Assembly (NCBI RefSeq): GCF_018420025.1
Contig: NZ_JAEDAM010000057.1
Location: 1-6,493, forward strand
DNA from: Candidatus Vampirococcus lugosii
GTDB taxonomy: Bacteria > Patescibacteriota > Gracilibacteria > Absconditabacterales > Absconditicoccaceae
Direction of reading: 5' to 3'
Length of the DNA: 6,493 bases
Shown: positions 1 to 6,445 of the stretch, in pieces
Layout of the letters: the number at the start of each line of letters is the position of its first letter
Numbering within the stretch: the first letter of the stretch is position 1
Notes under the pieces: generated by a model
Told to the model about the DNA's origin: nothing
Seen by the model: only the letters and a program-made list of their open reading frames with translations
The model's database searches: none
Translations under genes and position numbers: made by a program

Positions 1-976
1 AATACTTTTTTACTTCTTCTTCAATATTTTCAATATCTTTTAAATTGTAAAAATCTAAAATTTTAAGTTTTTTTAAACTTATATTAAAAAGATAAACTTG
101 TTCTCTCAATATTCTTAAAAAAGACTTTTGCTCCTCACCAATATCTGAAATATTTTCTTTTATTGCATTTATTGTTTCTTTAGTTTTTGAATTAAAGTAT
201 TCAAATAATCCATCAATTACATCTAATATTTTATTAAAATTATCAATATCAGCTTTTTTATATTCTGTAGAAAATTTTTCTATACTTTGTATCCTAGAAT
301 CTTCAATTTTTGATATACAACAAGGACACTCTTTTTCATTGATTCATAAGTATTCTTTTCATTGTATTTGCCAAGCAACATATCTACTATTTATAGAATT
401 GTTTTTTAAATAATTACTATATCACAAAAAATCACTTCAAGGATTATTTATTTTTCTAGCAGATTCTAATCATTTAAATATAGTTGAACTTTGATTTATA
501 TCTCAACCTTGATTAATTTTTACAAAATCTAAAAAATTATCTGTATCGCTTATTAATTTATCTAAATCTGGATTTTCTTGAAAAGTTCATCTTAAATTTT
601 TTACTAAATTGTCAACTTCTTGAATTCATTTTTTATAAGTTTCATTTTCTATAAAAATTGAAAAACTATTTTCTAAAATTTCATCTTTCTTAAAAGTATA
701 TTGTTTTATATAATCTTCATTAAAAATTTTTATTTTTTTAATATCTTCTAATCATAAAATTTCAGATTTTTTAGTATTATCACCAATATATTTATAAGGT
801 TTTAATAATTTTTCATCTTCTTCATTTTTTTCTAAATAATATTTAAATGCCCTTGCAATAGTACTTTTTCAAGTTCAATTTATAGCATACTTGATATTTA
901 ACTTTTCTTTTTCTAATTTTATTACTCATTTTTCAATATTTCAACAATATTTTAATTCTATATTTAATTCAGCCAT
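1..976 (-). CDS. AAA_13/ABC-type ATPase, RloC/PrrC-like; N-terminal ~325 aa only, the 3' end runs off the left edge of the window
   Basis: ATG at 976..974. The frame stays open to position 1 under table 25, with 13 in-frame TGA and no TAA/TAG. Translation begins MAELNIELKYCGNIEKGVIKLEKEKLNIKYAINGTGKSTIARAF. This contains a Walker A P-loop, NGTGKST (~860..886), in which both Gly are TGA (869..871, 875..877 on the + strand as tca). The P-loop is followed by a long helical/coiled-coil-looking region containing ECPCCISKI (CPxC at 317..328). That layout is typical of PF13166-type ATPases, recalled from memory. Confidence 0.75.
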
Positions 977-979
977 CCC

Positions 980-1771
980 TTACTTCTTAAAAATTAAAAT
1001 ATATTCATGTTTAAAAATATAATAATCGCTATTTAAAGCTCTATATCTCCAAATTCAACCACTTCAAATTTTTCATCTATTTCACTCCATATTTTTTACA
1101 ATAATTGATTTTAGTTTAAATCAGACTTTTTGAGCTTCGTTCATACATTGAAACCCGAGTGGAATCCATTCGCTATTTGCATATTTATCTCAAATAACCA
1201 CTCACATATATCAACCTGATTTTAACAATTCAAAACTATTTTGCAAAACATTATGAAACATATTTAAAAAATCTTGCAAATTTCAAGCATTTGATAAATC
1301 TTTTTTATCTTCACTAAACTTGATTATATCAAAATAAGGAGGATGTAAAAGCACTAAATCAACTCAAGTTTTTTTATGATGTTTTAGTATTTTTTGAATA
1401 TCTTTTTTTGTTTCTTCGCTTCCACTATCTCATAATCAAAAATGCTTTTGTATTTTATCTGATGCAATAAGTTCTTTAGCTCTTGCAACAAGTTCTTCTT
1501 TTAAATCAATTCAAATAATATTTCTTTCCAACTTTTCACATTCAATTGCAGTTGTCCCACTTCACAAAAATAAATCCAAAACCCATCATCATTTTTTGGT
1601 ATATCTTTTTATTAGTTGATAAGGAATTTGTGGCACAAAATTTCAATGATAAAAATTACTATGTTTTCAGCTTTTGTCTCTTTCATTTATTATCCAAAGA
1701 CTATCAGTCAAAATATCTTCATATTTTTTCCAATTACCATTATTCAGATCTAAATCATTAAACTTTGGCAT
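980..1771 (-). CDS. SAM-dependent N6-adenine/N4-cytosine-type DNA methyltransferase-like protein, 263 aa
   Basis: ATG at 1771..1769 and TAA at 982..980. There are 18 in-frame TGA and no other stops. Motif X/I is YHGNFVPQIPYQLIKRYTKKGGWVLDLFLGSGTTAIECEKLERNIIGIDL (FLGSGTT ~1550..1570, first Gly = TGA at 1562..1564). The catalytic motif IV is LVLLHPPY (1334..1345). The C-terminus is GIWRYRALNSDYYIFKHEYILIFKK, which resembles the conserved HEYILVF block of PF01555-type methylases. Confidence 0.85.
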
Positions 1772-1787
1772 TTATATAAAGAATTTA

Positions 1788-1816
1788 ATTATAAATATCA
1801 ATATTTTTTTTATTAA
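1788..1816 (-). promoter_or_regulatory. candidate sigma70-type promoter for the methyltransferase-ATPase pair
   Basis: On the minus strand: TTAATA (1816..1811), a 17-nt spacer, then a perfect TATAAT (1793..1788), 16 nt upstream of the ATG at 1771. Such hexamers arise easily by chance in DNA this AT-rich. Confidence 0.3.
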
Positions 1817-1838
1817 ATTTTAAAAATGTGATATTAAT

Positions 1839-1854
1839 GAAAAAATATTTTTTC
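1839..1854. repeat. 16-bp perfect palindrome GAAAAAATATTTTTTC
   Basis: The sequence is exactly self-complementary. It abuts a second inverted repeat, CTAAAAA (1854..1860) / TTTTTAG (1871..1877), with a 10-nt loop. Confidence 0.7.
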
Positions 1855-1979
1855 TAAAAAATAGAATATCTTTTTAGTTTATCAAAATAATCAGTTAGTA
1901 AATTAAATATACAAAAACATTAATTAATTTAATATTTCAATTTATTTTACTATATTAAATCATTATTTTAATATCAAAA

Positions 1980-2525
1980 TTAAAGTTGATAATATTTGTT
2001 ATAAAATGGTGCTATTGCTGCTTTAAATGCAATTGAGAATTCATCTTTTCTAGTAAACATATTATCAGACCAAGCTCACATACTTCAATTTTTACTTCTT
2101 ATATTTAAAGATCAGGATAAATCTCACATTATATCTCAAAGTTCTTTTCATTTTATATAAAGTTCATTTTCTATTAATTTAGGGACTTCCATCATAGGAG
2201 AAAATCAGAAATGTCATTCTCAATCATTATTTAATACAAATACTATTCAAAATATATATTTTTTTCATAAAAAATCGCTTGTTCATCATTCTATTCATAT
2301 ATAATAATCTGCTTTTATTCATTTTTTTTGTAAGTTGTTAGCTCTGTTTTTTGCTCATTTCATTGTCTCTTCAATAGATAAAGGCATATCTGAAATATCT
2401 GAAGAGATTTTTTCTGTTATAAAAAATATTTCATTAAATATATTTGATAAATATGGAGTTTCTTTAATTCATTCTTTTATTCAATTAATTTTAGGTTCTC
2501 TTGTTGTTCATATTGCTATTATCAT
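1980..2525 (-). CDS. yjjX: inosine/xanthosine triphosphatase (non-canonical purine NTP phosphatase), YjjX/DUF84 family, 181 aa
   Basis: ATG at 2525..2523 and TAA at 1982..1980. The length is 546 nt, with 19 in-frame TGA. Translation is MIIAIGTTREPKINGIKEG...SDMPLSIEETMKGAKNRANN...KADYYIGIEGG...GKELGDIMGDLSGSLNIRSKNGSMGAWSDNMFTRKDEFSIAFKAAIAPFYN. It is colinear with E. coli YjjX as recalled from memory (EQPFGSEETRAGARNR / ADFWVAIEAG / GEALGPVM...KEGAIG...LSPF). Confidence 0.9.
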
Positions 2526-2786
2526 AATAATATATTTGTATAAAATTATAAATAATTATTAATATCTTTTTTATAAATATTTTCAAGCTTAATTTAAAAT
2601 ATTTAATTTAAAATTTAAAAACTATATTTTTTGCACAAAAAAATTTAATCAATTTGGTAAATAATTGTTTATAAATAATTATTTAGAAATTTTGTTCTAT
2701 TAAAGATAAGTTTAAAATTAATTATATTGAAAAATAAAAAAAAATAAATATAAAAGATATATTTAATTATATTATAGAAATAATAA
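2526..2786. promoter_or_regulatory. divergent intergenic region between yjjX (-) and serS (+); promoters for both are expected here
   Basis: 261 bp with no ORF on either strand under table 25. It contains several TTGAAA/TATAAT-like hexamers, a 26-bp near-palindrome and A/T-tract direct repeats. No specific promoter can be assigned with confidence. Confidence 0.4.
2659..2684. repeat. 26-bp near-perfect palindrome (12 of 13 base pairs symmetric)
   Basis: AAATAATTGTTTATAAATAATTATTT compared with its reverse complement differs only at the pair 2667/2676. Confidence 0.6.
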
Positions 2787-4049
2787 ATGATAGATCTTAA
2801 AAAATTCCGTGAAAATTATGAATGGTATATCAAAAAAACTGAAGAGAAATGAATTAAATTAGATTTTCCAAAATTTATGGCAATGGATTTACAACTAAAA
2901 CAAATAAAATTTGAATTAGACAATCTTAATCAAGAAAGAAATGAAATTTCAAAAGAAATTCCTAACTTGAAAAAAGAATGAAAAGATACTGAAAATCTTG
3001 TAAATAAAGTAAAAGATCTTAAATCTGAAATTGAAGACAAACAAAAAAAATATAATGAAATATATAATGACTTTTATGAAATTTATATTAGAATACCAAA
3101 TCCTGCATTTGATGATGTTCATATTTGAAAATCTGATGAAGAAAATAAAGTTGCTTATTATGTATGAGAAAAACCAAAATTTAATTTTGAGCCATTAGCA
3201 CATTATGAATTATTAGAAAAAAGAGATATGTTGGATCAATGAAGAAGTGCAAAAGTTTCTTGATCAAGATTTTATTATATTAAAGATTGATTAGTAAGAC
3301 TAGAATTAGCTTTGATAAGTTATACTATTGATAAACTTAGTAAAAAATGATTTAGACCTATTATATGACCAAATTTAGTAAGATATAATTCTATGCTTTC
3401 TACAGGTTTTTTTCCAGCTGAAAAAAATGAAATATATACTGTAAATCCTGATGAAGATGATCTTTATTTAATATGAACATCTGAAGTTACTATGATAGCT
3501 CAACATATGGATGAAATTTTAGATGTTGATAAATTACCTTTGAGATATGTATCTTTTTCTCCTTGTTATAGAAGAGAAGCTTGAACTTATGGTAAAGATA
3601 GTAAATGAATGATAAGAGTACATCAATTTGAAAAAGTGGAAATGGTAAGTTTTACTAAACCTGAAGATAGTATTAAAGAACATGAATTGATTTATGAAAT
3701 AGAAGAAGAAATAGTAAAAGAATTATGACTTCATTGTCAAAAAATAGATATTTGTACATGAGATCTATGATTTCATGCTGCAAAAAAATATGATTTGGAA
3801 GCTTGGTTTCCGTGATTGACTACATACAAAGAAATAACTTCTTGTAGTAATTGTACTGATTTCCAATCTAGAAGAGCAAAAATTAAAATGAAAGATGAAA
3901 AATCAAAAGATTTTGTTCATACATTAAACGGAACTGCAATAGCTCTTGCTAGAATAATGGCTTGTATTGTTGAAAATTATCAAACAAAAGATATGAAAAT
4001 TGAAGTTCCTGAGGTTCTTAAAAAATATATTTGAGAAGAATATTTGTAA
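2787..4049 (+). CDS. serS: seryl-tRNA synthetase (class II, bacterial type), 420 aa
   Basis: ATG at 2787 and TAA at 4047..4049, followed immediately by a second TAA. There are 17 in-frame TGA. An N-terminal K/E-rich coiled-coil arm is present. Conserved blocks are [14 protein letters not shown] (Gly = TGA at 3261), LIGTSEV, the motif 2 block [30 protein letters not shown] (TGA at 3582 and 3606), [21 protein letters not shown] (TGA at 3759 and 3768), and the motif 3 block [24 protein letters not shown]. The track ORF 3816..4034 is the in-frame tail of this gene. Confidence 0.97.
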
Positions 4050-4108
4050 TAAATATTTTAAATTTTATATAGATAATCTATTGAAAAAAATATTAAATTT
4101 ATTAAATA

Positions 4109-4136
4109 TTGTTAAGTTACATTTTTTATATATAAA
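4109..4136 (+). promoter_or_regulatory. candidate promoter for the 4146 and 4903 gene pair
   Basis: TTGTTA (4109..4114), a 16-nt spacer, then TATAAA (4131..4136), ending 9 nt before the ATG at 4146. This would imply a very short leader or none. It could be a chance match in AT-rich sequence. Confidence 0.25.
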
Positions 4137-4145
4137 ATTAGTAAA

Positions 4146-4892
4146 ATGTTAAAAAAACCTAATTTTTATATTTATTTTAGTTTTTTTTTGTTAATTTTTT
4201 ATTTTGTTTTTTCATGAAATACAAATTCTTTTTCTTGGTTATCTTTTTGGACAGTTAATCAAAATATTAAAGTTTCCGAAAATTATATTAAAGATTTCTT
4301 GATTGATGATATGGCAATAAATTCTTTGTTGGCAAATTTAAGTGTTTGAAAATGAACTTATTCTCAAAAACACTTTTTGGCAAAATGAATTGATGCATCT
4401 CAAACAACTAAAAATTTATTGGAAACTAAAGAAAGTCAACTTTTGAAATGAACTTCTGATACTAAAGTAGTTTTGGAAGCTTATATAAATAATATAAGAA
4501 ATACTGTCCTTGATAATCAACAAATTTTGAATAATTTAAGATATGAAAAATCTCAATTTGATCAAAAAAGAAATTTTTGTGATGAACAAAAAAAAATGTG
4601 AGATACTATGTTTTTTAATTGATTAGATCAAGATAATTCAGAACTTGCTATCAGATGACTTGAAACTTCTTTGGATAATTCGCCTTGTTATATTAACAAT
4701 AGAGTATATTCAAATGTTTATGAAAATTTAATAAAAAAAATTGATTTTTATAATTCATTATTATCTAGGAAACAAGTGATTTTGGAAAATAATGTTGATT
4801 TGATATTAAATAATTTTGAATTGTTTGAAAATAATCAATTGGAAGAATTGGCAGGACTTAGAAATGAATTAAGATCTTTTAATATTAATTAA
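4146..4892 (+). CDS. hypothetical membrane-anchored/exported helical protein, 248 aa
   Basis: ATG at 4146 is the first ATG after the in-frame TAA at 4113. TAA at 4890..4892. There are 8 in-frame TGA and no TAA/TAG. The N-terminus MLKKPNFYIYFSFFLLIFYFVFS looks like a signal peptide or TM anchor. The remainder is N/Q/K/E/L-rich and heptad-like. I recognise no family. The track ORF 4671..4892 is its in-frame tail. Confidence 0.7.
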
Positions 4893-4902
4893 AATAAATA
4901 CA

Positions 4903-6129
4903 ATGAAAAAAATAATTTATTTAATAATATTTTTTGTTTTTGCATTATTTATTTATGTTCAAAAACAATTAGTATTAAATCCAAAAAGTATTGATATTTT
5001 ATGATATAGTATAAATTTATCTAGTTATTACAAAGCTAATTATTTTTCATATTTTTATTATAGAGATAAAAATCCTAGATATGTTTTGGAAAATTGAATA
5101 TCTTCAGATTATGTTGAATATTGTCATAATGAAGAAAAAAATTGTTTAATAATTCCACATCAAGAATCTTATTCATCTTATTTATGGATAACTAGTGTTC
5201 AATATGTTGGCTCTATGCTTCAATCAGATAGACTTAAAAATCTTTATGGTATTATAGATAATCTTACAAATATGTCTCCATATTGGACATATCCATATCA
5301 ATTTGGACAACTTATGATTCCTATTGATAAAACTTTAAAAGCAAGTGATGAAAAAAAGAAAAAATCTTGGGATCAATCATTAATATTATGAAAAAAATGA
5401 ATTAATTACAATTGTGATCAAAACAAAAAAAATGAAATATTAGCAATTTCTAATGAAGATTTTTTTAAAATAATGATTTCAAAAGATGAAAAATATGAAA
5501 AACTTAAAAATCCATGTAGTTCATATAATATTCCTTATCAACAATGATTTAATAGTTTCTTTCATAATTCAGATTGGGAAGATTCAGCACAAAATTTTAA
5601 ATTAGCTAGTTTTCATGATTGAGTTCCTACTGCAAGTTCTTCTATGGTTTCAATTGTTGCTGGTAGAGGTTGACAACATATGCAAAGTTTACAATTATGG
5701 TTTTCTCAATTTATATCTCATATGGAAGAATTAGAAAAAGCGAAAAAAGAAGAACAAATAGAATTTTATGAAAATATGGCTGATGAAGCTATAACAAAAG
5801 CTATATTTGAACTTCAATTGCAATTACTTACTCAAATTGATGAATCATTATGAAATAAACATGATTGTTATCGTAATTATCAATGTATGTTAGATAATTG
5901 AATATTATCAGTAGCAGTAAAAGAAAATATAAATTATTGTATACAAAATACAGAATTTGAAGAATTAAAAGATATAGATTTTAATACAAATAATGCATTA
6001 TGTTTTACTTTATCTAAAGCAATACAAGACTCTTACATAAATGAAAATTGAACTCTTATAAATCCACGAAACAAAAATCTTAAATTTAAATTTGATGATT
6101 ATAATTATAATACTTGGTGGGTATGATAA
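4903..6129 (+). CDS. hypothetical exported/membrane-anchored cysteine-containing protein, 408 aa
   Basis: ATG at 4903, 10 nt after the previous stop. TAA at 6127..6129. The frame was checked codon by codon, giving 11 in-frame TGA and no TAA/TAG. The N-terminus MKKIIYLIIFFVFALFIYV is a hydrophobic anchor. There are about 9 Cys, including YCHNEEKNC and DCYRNYQC. A helical, W/Y-rich middle region is present (SYLWITSVQYVGS...SPYWTYPYQFGQL). I recognise no family. Confidence 0.75.
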
Positions 6130-6327
6130 ATTTATTTAGTATATTATTTTAATAATAAATAAATGTTTATTGATTTATCAAGTAGCTTTACAATTGTCTT
6201 AATATAAGCTGTCAATCAATTTATTAATAATATTTACCTGAATATTTTTTTACAAATTTAAATACAATTAATATATATTATATAATTGAAAATTTTTCCG
6301 AAATAGAAATCAAAGAAATTATTTACA

Positions 6328-6350
6328 GAATTAACAAAATTCGCTTTTTT
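6328..6350 (+). terminator. weak intrinsic-terminator-like hairpin plus T-run
   Basis: GAATT (6328..6332), loop AACAA, AATTC (6338..6342), then GC and TTTTTT (6345..6350). The stem is only 5 bp and AT-rich, and it lies about 200 nt downstream of the stop at 6129. Confidence 0.2.
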
Positions 6351-6445
6351 CTCTAATTTAGGTGTAGAAGATTAAATAAATTTTCTCTTGAAAATAAATA
6401 ATTATTATTTATATTGAAATTACATTTATATTTTAAAAAATTTGT

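Noticed and set aside
1546-1761. Track ORF of 71 aa on the + strand
   Set aside because: It lies wholly antisense to the methyltransferase CDS (980..1771, minus), which has strong conserved motifs. The peptide is low-complexity and matches no family. It is a shadow ORF.
2335-2562. Track ORF of 75 aa on the + strand, hydrophobic and membrane-protein-like
   Set aside because: It is antisense to the 5' half of the yjjX homologue (1980..2525, minus). Its hydrophobicity is the expected artefact of reading an AT-rich gene in antisense. It starts with a non-ATG codon.
2589-2620. Direct repeat TTAATTTAAAAT x2 (2589..2600 and 2603..2614) plus a partial third copy; considered as a tandem repeat, iteron or mini CRISPR-like array
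   Set aside because: There are only two short copies of low-complexity A/T sequence with no spacer structure. It is most simply A-tract-rich promoter DNA.
2526-2786. T-box or other riboswitch leader upstream of serS
   Set aside because: There is no conserved T-box sequence, no specifier-loop architecture, and no G/C-containing stems capable of forming a terminator/antiterminator. The region is almost pure A/T.
3816-4034. Track ORF of 72 aa as an independent gene
   Set aside because: It is in frame with serS and forms its C-terminal motif-3 region. It appears separate only because TGA was treated as a stop. The same applies to track ORF 4671..4892, the tail of the 4146..4892 CDS.
4069-4081. 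Inverted repeat ATAGAT-A-ATCTAT just after the serS stop, considered as a terminator
   Set aside because: A 1-nt loop is sterically impossible, so the effective stem is 4-5 AT-rich base pairs. It is followed by an A-run, not a T-run.
1-6129. Pseudogenised or degraded genes as the explanation for the many in-frame stops
   Set aside because: About 86 interruptions are all TGA. There are no in-frame TAA or TAG across about 5.5 kb of coding sequence in a genome where TAA triplets are extremely common out of frame. No frameshifts are needed. This pattern indicates reassignment, not decay.
980-6129. All five visible stop codons are TAA (with a tandem TAA TAA after serS), considered as extra evidence for RF2 loss
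   Set aside because: TAA dominance is expected from AT bias alone, and five genes is too small a sample. It is not independent evidence.
6163-6207. 14-codon ATG ORF (MFIDLSSSFTIVLI) in the long gap
   Set aside because: It is too short, has no supporting signal and matches no recognisable family. It is indistinguishable from chance in AT-rich sequence.
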